Below, piece after piece: positions 55,764 to 64,000 of a DNA stretch of 64,000 bases. Source of the stretch: Bdellovibrionales bacterium. Its GTDB lineage: Bacteria; Bdellovibrionota; Bdellovibrionia; Bdellovibrionales; UBA1609. Both the position numbers and the translations under genes were made by a program. The stretch is from NCBI GenBank assembly GCA_965199825.1, contig OZ241329.1, positions 704,362-768,361 on the forward strand, written 5' to 3'. Numbering within the stretch: the first letter of the stretch is position 1; the number at the start of each line of letters is the position of its first letter. The notes below the pieces were generated by a model, which was not told where the DNA came from, did not search any database, and saw only the letters and a list, made by a program, of their open reading frames with translations.

Positions 55764-57038
55764 ATGAATCGGCTGGTTTGGTTTAGGTATGATCTGCGCG
55801 TCAGCGACAATGAAACATTAGTTGAGGCAATCAAAAATGCCTCTGGATCAATATATTTTGTTTATGTCTATGATCCGAAATGGGAAGAACTCACTCCCGA
55901 AGGCTACCCCCGCTTTGGAAACTTTAAAAAGAAATATCTGGCTCAATCCTTAATTGATCTTAAAAAGAAATTGCAGGCATTGGGTGCTGATTTGATCTGC
56001 ATCTCGGGTGATCCCAAAACACTTATCCCTGCGCTCTGTCAGGAACTCGATGTCAATCACCTGTACTGCTCGCAATTAAATTCATTTGAAGAGCATCGCG
56101 ATGAAATCGAGATTGAGCAGCGGCTCGAAAAAACCGAAATTCATTTATTTGAAACCCAAACTCTATTTTGTCGCTCGGATTTAAAAGATTTTAATTTTGA
56201 TGTGCCCGCAAGTTTTTCTAAATTAAGAAAAGCGGCCGAAAGGCACTGGTCGGTAAGACCTCCTTTAAAAGCTCCCACAAACATACCGCAAGCGGGACCC
56301 ACAACTCGTTCGAGCTGGAACTTTGAAGAGTTATTGGGGCTGCCTGTTCCTGATCGTGGGATCGTGCTTGAGGGGGGCGAGAGTGCAGCCCTTAAAGAAG
56401 CTCACACATTTATTTGGCAACATGATGCTCTTAGAAAATACAAGCAAACCCGCAATGGATTGATTCGCCACCGCGACTCCTCTAAATTTTCGGCACCGCT
56501 CGCGCTGGGCTGTTTTTCTTCAAGGCAACTTTATGTTGAGGTTCGGCGCTACGAAAAAGAGCGAATCGCCAACCTCTCAACCCTTTGGTTTTTGTATGAG
56601 CTGTTATGGCGAGACCATTTTCAGTTTGCAGCTCTTCGGCGAGGCCCGCATCTGTTTACAGACAAACCCCGCGGGGAATCAAAAGGACTCTCCCAAAAAG
56701 AAGAGACCGCGGCCTTCGAGGCCTGGCGATTAGGTCAAACTAAGAGCTCCTTTGTGAATGCCGCAATGATTGAACTCTCCACCACCGGTTGGATGTCGAA
56801 TCGTATGCGCCAAAATGCCGCAAGTTATTTGGTTCATGATCTCAAAGTGCGCTGGCAAAAAGGTGCAAGATGGTTTGAGTCGTGTTTGGTCGATTATGAT
56901 CCTTGTTCCAATTGGGGCAATTGGGCCTATATCGCAGGAGCTGGTACAGAAAACTCGCCGCATATATTTGATGTGGAACAACAGCGCGAGACTTTCGATG
57001 CCGATCGTTCGTTTGAAAAACTTTGGCTCAATCATTAA
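55764..57038 (+). CDS. cryptochrome/photolyase family protein (Cry-DASH-like)
   Basis: MNRLVWFRYDLRVSDNETL at the N-terminus. The FAD-binding C-terminal block is TGWMSNRMRQNAASYLVHDLKVRWQKGARWFESCLVDYDPCSNWGNWAYIAGAG. Confidence 0.88.
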   Translation: MNRLVWFRYDLRVSDNETLVEAIKNASGSIYFVYVYDPKWEELTPEGYPRFGNFKKKYLAQSLIDLKKKLQALGADLICISGDPKTLIPALCQELDVNHLYCSQLNSFEEHRDEIEIEQRLEKTEIHLFETQTLFCRSDLKDFNFDVPASFSKLRKAAERHWSVRPPLKAPTNIPQAGPTTRSSWNFEELLGLPVPDRGIVLEGGESAALKEAHTFIWQHDALRKYKQTRNGLIRHRDSSKFSAPLALGCFSSRQLYVEVRRYEKERIANLSTLWFLYELLWRDHFQFAALRRGPHLFTDKPRGESKGLSQKEETAAFEAWRLGQTKSSFVNAAMIELSTTGWMSNRMRQNAASYLVHDLKVRWQKGARWFESCLVDYDPCSNWGNWAYIAGAGTENSPHIFDVEQQRETFDADRSFEKLWLNH

Positions 57039-57083
57039 GTGATTGTTGTGGACGTTTAAAAATGTTTTTTGCATCATCAAAAA

Positions 57084-57512
57084 ATGAAAAATGATTTTTA
57101 TGCCAAAGGACTTCGCTTCGAATGCACGGGCTCGGGCAAGTGTTGCGTCTCACATAACGGCTACGGCTATGTTTACCTCACCAAATTTGACCGCAAGCGA
57201 ATGGCCAAGGAGTTAAAACTTTCGACCCTCGAGTTTACCCGCAAGTATTGCGAAAAGGTCGACGGTATTTGGAAATTAAAAGGCGATCAAGATTGTATAT
57301 TTTTAAAAAACAAACGCTGTTCTGTTTATGAGGGCCGCCCCACCCAATGTCGAACCTGGCCATTTTGGCCTGAGCTGATGAATGCAAAAACATGGACCGA
57401 AGAAGTTGCAACATTCTGTCCTGGCGTAAACAAAGGAAATGTACACGAAGCTACCGAGATAGAAAAAGTGTTGCAAGAGCAACTCCGCAGCGAAGCGGCT
57501 TACGGAACTTAA
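57084..57512 (+). CDS. YkgJ-family (CxxCxxCC) cysteine-cluster protein
   Basis: FECTGSGKCCV near the N-terminus, then C..L....C..Y..RP..CR.WPFW, and a C-terminal FCPG. The ATG at 57084 is preferred over the track's TTG at 57069. Confidence 0.72.
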   Translation: MKNDFYAKGLRFECTGSGKCCVSHNGYGYVYLTKFDRKRMAKELKLSTLEFTRKYCEKVDGIWKLKGDQDCIFLKNKRCSVYEGRPTQCRTWPFWPELMNAKTWTEEVATFCPGVNKGNVHEATEIEKVLQEQLRSEAAYGT

Positions 57513-57541
57513 AACCCTTTCAATTAAAATCAGGAAATACA

Positions 57542-57943
57542 ATGACGACCGAAATTGAAATGCTGATGTTTTCGATTCTACTAGGAATTGCAATGCTATT
57601 GGCCGCAGCAGGTGGAGCCACAATCCAGCGCGGTTTAAAGTGGAACCTTGGTGCGCGTGATAAGCATCCACCCGAGCTGACCGGCATTGCGGGTCGGCTT
57701 GAACGCGCCTTTCGCAATTTTTTAGAAACTTTTGGTTTTTTTGCAGCCGCAGTTTTGGTTTGCTTAGTCCTAAATATCTCAAACTCAGCAACTTCAATCG
57801 GAACCCAACTTTATTTTTATTCGCGTGTGATTTATATCCCACTCTACGTGGCGGGCATTCCCTTGTTGCGAACGATGGTATGGACGTGTTCACTCATTGG
57901 TATTTGTTTAGTGATTTATGCCTCCATGAGTTCGGCACTTTAG
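57542..57943 (+). CDS. MAPEG-family membrane protein
   Basis: The ATG at 57542 gives a 133-aa protein. ATIQRGLKWNLGARDKHPPELTGIAGRLERAFRNFLETFGFFAAAVL matches bacterial MAPEG proteins from memory. The track's longer ORF from 57392 overlaps the previous gene. Confidence 0.72.
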   Translation: MTTEIEMLMFSILLGIAMLLAAAGGATIQRGLKWNLGARDKHPPELTGIAGRLERAFRNFLETFGFFAAAVLVCLVLNISNSATSIGTQLYFYSRVIYIPLYVAGIPLLRTMVWTCSLIGICLVIYASMSSAL

Positions 57944-58080
57944 GGTTTTTTAAATCCACGACTCAAACCAGAGCCAACCAAGTTGGGTGTTTGCACTTTT
58001 AAACTTAGATTATTTGGTCCAACTCTTTTGGTCTAAATATGAATTATCAGCAAATGATCAACAAGCCCCAGTGAACCCAC

Positions 58081-58593
58081 TTACGAGGATAACCCGCGAT
58101 CACAACTAATGATCACAATGTGCTTAATCATTTTTGACCATTGGTCCCTCTTGACCGGAGAGTAATTATAAAGAGGATCTTCAGGACTATCCCCTGGCAA
58201 AACGCCTTCGTACTTTAACAAACGAGTGGTTAAATCAGCAGGGGCTCGTTGTGAAGGGTCAATTTGATAGCGGCACGTATCGATCATACCTCTTTCACCA
58301 AAATGAATTGTGCCTTCGTCGGCCATTTTGACCGTGCCATCGAGATTAATAATGTGTGAAAAAAGGCCTATTCTAAGTTCGGCTAAACATTCTTTTAAGG
58401 GAAAATCGGTTGCATAAGGATCTTGGGGTTTGTCTGGTGATGGAACTGTATTTAAAGAGATTCCGATGTGGTTCGTCTCAACATTATCGGACAGTGCGGT
58501 ACAATTTGAATCTGGCGCCATTTCAGCTGCCTCGGCTTGATAAAAACAGCTGATCAATGCTGCAACCAAAATCACACCCAAATTTTTATTCAT
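58081..58593 (-). CDS. exported hypothetical protein
   Basis: 170 aa with signal peptide MNKNLGVILVAALISCFYQAEA. Confidence 0.55.
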   Translation of the reverse strand: MNKNLGVILVAALISCFYQAEAAEMAPDSNCTALSDNVETNHIGISLNTVPSPDKPQDPYATDFPLKECLAELRIGLFSHIINLDGTVKMADEGTIHFGERGMIDTCRYQIDPSQRAPADLTTRLLKYEGVLPGDSPEDPLYNYSPVKRDQWSKMIKHIVIISCDRGLSS

Positions 58594-58750
58594 TTTTAAA
58601 CCGCCCTTTGATTGAAAAAAATTGCACCTCCGATGCCAATAGTGAGGAGACTATCTACAATACATTTCAAATACTGAAACCTTTGCCAAAAATTGTTTTG
58701 CAGCTCGCCTTTTATTTGCGCGCATCAATGAGGCTAAAAGTTAAAAAAAA

Positions 58751-59098
58751 TTATTTTTTATTAGAGTTACAGATCGATTGAAGTTCGTTCTCAGACTGCG
58801 CCACTCGCGATGTGGATTCGATATGTCGAATAAAATCGGCCTTCAAATCATTGAGGCCTTTTAATTCAAATTTATAAATGGCTTGAGCTTCTTTTGCCAT
58901 CGCTGTGCCTTTGCTCATCACTAGGGCTTGATTCTTCTCGATGTCGGCAATCGCTTTATTGATCACATCTAGATCCTTTACAAAAAGGTTTCGGATTTGA
59001 TAGGCCGAAGCTTTTTCTTGTACAAGATTGCATTGATCAGCTGCCAAACTTAAAACAGGTGTGGCGAAAGCGATAACAAGAGACAGATAAAACTTCAT
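58751..59098 (-). CDS. small exported hypothetical protein
   Basis: The in-frame ATG at 59098 gives MKFYLSLVIAFATPVLSLAA. 115 aa, helical-looking. Confidence 0.5.
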   Translation of the reverse strand: MKFYLSLVIAFATPVLSLAADQCNLVQEKASAYQIRNLFVKDLDVINKAIADIEKNQALVMSKGTAMAKEAQAIYKFELKGLNDLKADFIRHIESTSRVAQSENELQSICNSNKK

Positions 59099-59170
59099 TT
59101 CAACTCCAGTGTGAAAATAAAGTTTTATGCAGAGATGATGCCACAAGCAAGAGGCTCGTGGCTCTTCATC

Positions 59171-61825
59171 TTATTGCGGAAATGAAGCGGGCTTCGCCTG
59201 CGGTCCTTGGTCCGAAGCTAAGGGTAAAAACCCGATGGCAGCGTACACTGGCGAGTTCGAGGGCATCGCATAATTGCCGATCGCAGCCCCTGAGAAGCCC
59301 GGATTTACAAACGACGGTGAACTATCCACAATTGGATTTGTGTTCGCAATCGCAGTCCCTTGGGCAGAAAAATAATTGTTCTGCGAAACATTTGGCAGGG
59401 CTGATCCACCTTGAGTCATCACCGTAGACCACAGTGCAGCGGGTGCAGGGTTTGCGAAGTAAACAATATTTTTCTGAAACGTGTTCGAGTTCATTCCATA
59501 ACTTCCGAACTCAGGATCATCTTGGTAAAGACCAATCAACGAGCCCGATGAAAGATCTAAAATATTGTTGGTAAAGGTATTATGATCCCCACCGTGATAT
59601 TGAAGAGCCGTTTGCCCGCAGACGCGGCAGGTATTGCCAGCGACTTTGACGTTCGAAGTTTGATCATCGAGATAAATAGAATGAGTATTAGTTGTGAGCG
59701 ACCCTCTTCCTACAGTGTCTATAATATTATTTGTAATCTGATAGCCTGTCGCTAAATGTGTGCGGTCCAAAATATAAATCGCGCCTGAGTCATCCGACAC
59801 CGTGAGCGTATTCACAATGCGGTTGCGATCGATCACGTTATTGGTGCTTGTCTCTTGCGAACCGGTTCCGGCCGCAAAGCTAATTCCAGGTCCACCAAAA
59901 TTTTGGATAAAATTATGTGTAACGGTTGAGTTGGTAATATGAAAGCTCATAAAGACCGCTGCGAGATAGGTCCCATTGCCGCCGCCGCCATTGAAGGTAT
60001 TGCTATCAACCGTAATTTTGTCGCAGTAGTAATTGGCCTTTACGCAGTTGGTGGTGCAATTCAAAAAATTATTCCATCGCACAGTCACGTTATTTGCGGC
60101 CACAATAGAAAGACCAATGCCGACATTTTGAATGGTGAGATTTTCGATAACCATGTTGTTTGCGCCATTAAAAATCACTCCACCATTTCCGCCGCCGTCA
60201 AGAATCGCGGTCTCGCCCGCAAAACCGACCCAAGATTGTCCGCTATCGGCGCTCGAGAGTGTAAAGCTATTCGCAACCGAAAAAGTTCCTCCGCGCAAAG
60301 TCGCAACTTTAATGCTTGAGGATTCCATCGCAGCTTGAGCTTTTGCCAAAGTTTTGAAGGGTGAGTTGATTGAGCCTGGGTTTGAATCATTTCCGCTGGT
60401 CGAAACATAGTAACTTGGGATCGAAGACACAACGGGTGGAGGGGCAACGACAGGGGGTTGTGTAATGACCGGAGGTGAAGTTGAAACGGGCGTTCTTACC
60501 GGCGTCGAGTCGCCAATGGGGGTTGCCGCATATAAACTTTCGCTGTTTGGTCCAACGATTTTCATAAAAGGTGAAGAACTCATAAAATAAAGTGTCGATC
60601 CACTATGTCCGCTTGAGTTGGTCGCCCAAAACGGCTGTCCATTTTTGTAAGTCACCAAATTGCCATCAGCTTGAAATGTGATATTACATCCGCCACTCAC
60701 ACAACTTGACGAGCTGCTCGACGCCCACAAGGCTGCGCCCGTGCTCGTCTTATAAGCCACAAAATTTCCATCGGTTTGAAGGGTAAAGTAGACTTCTCCT
60801 ACCGTTACGCGGTTTCCAGAAAGAAGATTAAATTGACCACCAACATAAGTGACCTGACTGGAGCTCGAAGACGGTGGAGTGACAACCACAGGAGCAGGCG
60901 ATGGTGTTGGGGTAGGAGTTGGCGTAGGTGCGGGCAAGGGTACAACCGGAGTCGACACAACTGGTGATGAGACCAAAGGCGTTCCAGTAAATAGATTCTC
61001 TTTATATGGCCCGACTATTTTAATGTATGGCGCTGAGCTTGATAAAAAGAGGGTTGAGCCTGCATGTCCACTCGAATTGGTCGACCAAAGAGGTTGGCCG
61101 TTATTGTAAATCACCAAATTTCCATCTGCTTGAAATGTCACTTTACAGATTCCGTTAGCGCAGCCCGATGAAGTTCCAGTTTCCCAAACTTTTGCACCGC
61201 TGCTGTCTACCGCAATAAAGTTTCCATCAACCTGCATTTTGAATGTGACGTTGCCAATACTGCGACTTGCGCCCGACACCAAATCAAATTGACCACCTAA
61301 AAAATTTTGATCTGCCGAAGACACCGACGCCACCGTACTAATAGCAAGAGTTCCAACATAAAGGTTGCGGTCTTCGGGAGCGTCGTAAGCATCATTGGTA
61401 AACCCAATTGCGACAACATGATTGCCCGAACTAATCTGAGAATTGATTTGGTAATGAGATAAAGATGTCGAGTTCACATTAAAGCTTTGCACAACAATTC
61501 CATCAACCAAAATTTGCATGATGGGCCAAACGCCGCGATCAACCGAACCAAATGCGGTGACATCTAAAAGATAATTAGCAGCCTTAGGAAAATTGACAGA
61601 ACTTGAAACTGTGCCGTTGGACCACAAATTAAAAGTTCCATCACCATTCGCCGCACCCGTTGTTGCAGACATATCAATAGCTCGCACCGTTGCAACCGGT
61701 GTGGGCGATGAGGCGAGCTGTGAGGCATTCACATTTGCGCCACCCAATGGGTCTGAGGACTTGGCCGTACAGCCAGTAAATAGAAACAAACATGAGACGG
61801 CCAAAACAAACATGGATTGAGTCAT
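59171..61825 (-). CDS. lipoprotein: CBM-like N-domain, two bulb-type lectin domains, right-handed beta-helix C-domain
   Basis: VSCLFLFTGCTAK lipobox. FTNDAYDAPEDRNLYVG is CBM-like. MQVDGNFIAV/FQADGNLVIY and LQTDGNFVAY/FQADGNLVTY form two GNA-like units separated by a PTPTPTPTPSP linker. YYVSTSGNDSNPGSINSPFKTLAKAQ and NN.I repeats are typical of pectate-lyase-fold proteins. Confidence 0.72.
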   Translation of the reverse strand: MTQSMFVLAVSCLFLFTGCTAKSSDPLGGANVNASQLASSPTPVATVRAIDMSATTGAANGDGTFNLWSNGTVSSSVNFPKAANYLLDVTAFGSVDRGVWPIMQILVDGIVVQSFNVNSTSLSHYQINSQISSGNHVVAIGFTNDAYDAPEDRNLYVGTLAISTVASVSSADQNFLGGQFDLVSGASRSIGNVTFKMQVDGNFIAVDSSGAKVWETGTSSGCANGICKVTFQADGNLVIYNNGQPLWSTNSSGHAGSTLFLSSSAPYIKIVGPYKENLFTGTPLVSSPVVSTPVVPLPAPTPTPTPTPSPAPVVVTPPSSSSSQVTYVGGQFNLLSGNRVTVGEVYFTLQTDGNFVAYKTSTGAALWASSSSSSCVSGGCNITFQADGNLVTYKNGQPFWATNSSGHSGSTLYFMSSSPFMKIVGPNSESLYAATPIGDSTPVRTPVSTSPPVITQPPVVAPPPVVSSIPSYYVSTSGNDSNPGSINSPFKTLAKAQAAMESSSIKVATLRGGTFSVANSFTLSSADSGQSWVGFAGETAILDGGGNGGVIFNGANNMVIENLTIQNVGIGLSIVAANNVTVRWNNFLNCTTNCVKANYYCDKITVDSNTFNGGGGNGTYLAAVFMSFHITNSTVTHNFIQNFGGPGISFAAGTGSQETSTNNVIDRNRIVNTLTVSDDSGAIYILDRTHLATGYQITNNIIDTVGRGSLTTNTHSIYLDDQTSNVKVAGNTCRVCGQTALQYHGGDHNTFTNNILDLSSGSLIGLYQDDPEFGSYGMNSNTFQKNIVYFANPAPAALWSTVMTQGGSALPNVSQNNYFSAQGTAIANTNPIVDSSPSFVNPGFSGAAIGNYAMPSNSPVYAAIGFLPLASDQGPQAKPASFPQ

Positions 61826-61958
61826 ATCTTATTAGTGTAGGCCGATTGTTTAGAAGTACAAATCTAAACCAACATCTTGGGTCAAGGTGAAGCGTCTTAT
61901 AATGGAACATTGACTTTCATACTGGATTTCAATCTCATGAAGTGACGGAGGCCTCTCA

Positions 61959-63689
61959 ATGTTTTCCAATAAGTGTTTTGTTTTAGTTATTTGGGCGAGC
62001 TTATGCGCATGCGGGAAGTTAAGCGCAGTAGGCACAAGCTCAACTTCTTCACTGCCCTCCGTCTCGATTGCCAATGCCTCTACCGCCCAGGGTTCAAATT
62101 TGATTTTTCCGGTCACCCTCTCAGCGGTCTCGTCTCAAGATGTAACGATCAATTTTCAAATTAATCCAGGAACTGCAGCGGCTGGAGTTCAATACACCGA
62201 CACCAGTGGAACCGCCACCATACCCCATGGTCTGCTTTCCACAACGATTTCGGTGCCCACATTAGAAGACGGAATAGACAAGGTCTCGAGTTCGTTTTCG
62301 ATCACCTTAAATTCAGCGACTCATGCCAGTGTCGCCAGCGCAACTGCAACCGGAACAATCAATGATGCCACTCTGCTATTCAATTTTATGGTCCCTACCC
62401 TCTCAAGCTCTCTTCAATTTTCTAGGTCATCAACAGCTTTTGTTTATAACAGTTCGGGTATCCTGACTTCGGTTGCGGCAGATACACCCCGATTTAGTTA
62501 CGATCCCACAACTCATGCGTTGCGAGGGCTATTGATCGAACGCAATTCAAGCAATCAGGTGTTTTACAGCGAAGACTTTAGTCAATCTAATTGGGCAAAA
62601 ACCAGTTCGACAGTGGTTGCAAACTCCGTCACTACACCTACTTTATCCACAAACAGTTTAGATCTCACCGAAAGTAATTCGTCTGCGGTTCATTCTTTAT
62701 CACAAGTGGGTCTGTCCTACACAGCGGTCCACCCCATTACTGCCTCTATTTTTGCTAAAGCGGGTGCACGCACCAAATTACGATTGCGCGTGAGCGATGG
62801 TACAAACGGGTTTTACTACGACTGCGATCTCTCGGCCACTGTGACGATAACCACCTCCTCTGTGCCGGCAGTTGAAGGCTCAGTACTTGCCTCCGGCACC
62901 AGTGGATCCCTCTCAACACTAAAAACTGCGGGCGTTGCAGGCGGCGCAGGAACGATCGATGCAGGCTCAGGGTGGAGACGGTGTTGGGTCTCCGGGGTGA
63001 TGCCAACGAGTGATGTGGGAACCAATAATGTTTTGATGAAAGTTTCAATCGTCAACGGCTCATCCGAATCTTACCTAGGTGATGGGACTTCAAGTCTCAC
63101 CCTGTGGGGCGCACAATATGAAGAGTATCTTTCTATTCCCACCAGTTATATTCCGACCGCGGCAACCAGCGGAATTTCGCGCAGTGCCGATATCTTAACT
63201 GTTGCACCACTTGGCAGCTGGTACAGCGCTGGTGATTTTACCGCAAATGTCAGTTATATGCGGCGCTGGTTTGAAAAGCCCTACGATCCAAACCTCGGAG
63301 TCTCAACTTACCCAACCGCATTTTTATTTTACAACGCAGGCTCGTTGAGCAATCGGTTTGGTCCACAGTATTCGAGCGATGGAACAAATATTTTGTTTAA
63401 TTGGTTTACCGGTTCAAGCTTCGTCACGGGTGCAAACACTGCGGCAAACCAAAACGTTCAGGGACAGACCTATAAAGTGGGTGTGAAACGTTCGGCTTCA
63501 GCAATCAGCATTGCTGTAGGTGGAAGCGCACCAAGTGTTGCGAGCGGATCGGTCACCTCGAACAGCGTCGATACACTGGGGCTTGGAAATACTTCGGCCA
63601 ATGGCGATGGACTCAATGGATACTTGCAGCGCTTTTCCTATCGGCCAAGGGCAGTACCAGACACCCAGTTTAGCGCTTTAACTCAATAA
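61959..63689 (+). CDS. lipoprotein with N-terminal Calx-beta domain and large uncharacterised beta-rich C-domain
   Basis: VLVIWASLCACGK lipobox. SNLIFPVTLSAVSSQDVTINFQINPGTAAAGVQYTDTSGTATIPHG...ATGTINDA follows the Calx-beta pattern. Confidence 0.65.
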   Translation: MFSNKCFVLVIWASLCACGKLSAVGTSSTSSLPSVSIANASTAQGSNLIFPVTLSAVSSQDVTINFQINPGTAAAGVQYTDTSGTATIPHGLLSTTISVPTLEDGIDKVSSSFSITLNSATHASVASATATGTINDATLLFNFMVPTLSSSLQFSRSSTAFVYNSSGILTSVAADTPRFSYDPTTHALRGLLIERNSSNQVFYSEDFSQSNWAKTSSTVVANSVTTPTLSTNSLDLTESNSSAVHSLSQVGLSYTAVHPITASIFAKAGARTKLRLRVSDGTNGFYYDCDLSATVTITTSSVPAVEGSVLASGTSGSLSTLKTAGVAGGAGTIDAGSGWRRCWVSGVMPTSDVGTNNVLMKVSIVNGSSESYLGDGTSSLTLWGAQYEEYLSIPTSYIPTAATSGISRSADILTVAPLGSWYSAGDFTANVSYMRRWFEKPYDPNLGVSTYPTAFLFYNAGSLSNRFGPQYSSDGTNILFNWFTGSSFVTGANTAANQNVQGQTYKVGVKRSASAISIAVGGSAPSVASGSVTSNSVDTLGLGNTSANGDGLNGYLQRFSYRPRAVPDTQFSALTQ

Positions 63690-63926
63690 ACTGTTTCGAT
63701 TTAAGACGTCGAATTCTACTACAAAAAAAGAACTTTCCGCCTTTAAAACTGAACTCTTTAAAACCAAAAAGGCTTGTGTTCCTTAAGAGTTCAGCCGGAA
63801 TCAAAACGCAAACTATCAAACAACTAAACATATTTTTTTGATAACAGTTCCAAATTCAACACCGCCGACCAACACAGCTTAAGTGCTTGATCAAAGGAGC
63901 GGTATCGAGATTGCTCAGTCAAGGAC

Positions 63927-64000
63927 ATGAGCAAAACTATTTTTATTCAGAGCTTGTCTCTTTTGGCATTAATTCTTTCGACTCAAGCTTGCTCGAAAGT
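63927..64000 (+). CDS. lipoprotein, N-terminal fragment (cut by window edge)
   Basis: Hand translation from the ATG at 63927 gives MSKTIFIQSLSLLALILSTQACSKV, a lipobox-type signal. It runs off the window. Confidence 0.45.
   Translation, partial: MSKTIFIQSLSLLALILSTQACSK

Overview
This is a compact, AT-leaning chromosomal window with genes on both strands. The clear housekeeping content is the rpsU-yqeY-dnaG-rpoD operon followed by a tRNA(CAU), a divergent tadA, a photolyase/cryptochrome-YkgJ-MAPEG trio, and tRNA-Ser(GGA). The rest is an unusually dense set of genes for exported proteins. From base 1 to about 35.2 kb, nearly every ORF of 100 aa or more starts with a signal peptide or lipobox. 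Most of these have no family I can recognise. The recognisable ones are hydrolases: a legumain/C13-like peptidase, two tandem HExxH gluzincin-like paralogues, a trypsin-like S1 protease, clan GH-A-like glycosidases, and beta-helix proteins. The 40-64 kb region holds a second block of lipoprotein glycanases fused to lectin modules (bulb-type lectin, SUEL-like, Calx-beta, Cys-rich repeats; the two ricin-B fusions lie upstream at 18.8-31.1 kb). It also holds a GH16 and a 1531-aa Ig-like/NHL surface lipoprotein. Three non-genic oddities stand out. First, a 15-copy 19-bp tandem array at 47122-47406. Second, a C-rich 198-bp element bounded by 16-nt direct repeats beside the tRNA, with a shortened second copy upstream of the neighbouring gene. 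Third, a patch at 10.8-15.7 kb where short 3'-end fragments of three neighbouring gene families are scattered like recombination scars. I saw no integrase, transposase, CRISPR array, rRNA, or recognisable defence or secretion-machinery gene. The taxon cannot be proven from this window. The exported-hydrolase load and a recurrent F/Y/M-(Q)-N-C lipobox are compatible with a predatory or strongly hydrolytic Gram-negative such as a Bdellovibrio-like organism, but that is a guess. All domain calls come from motifs read by eye and need HMM or BLAST confirmation.
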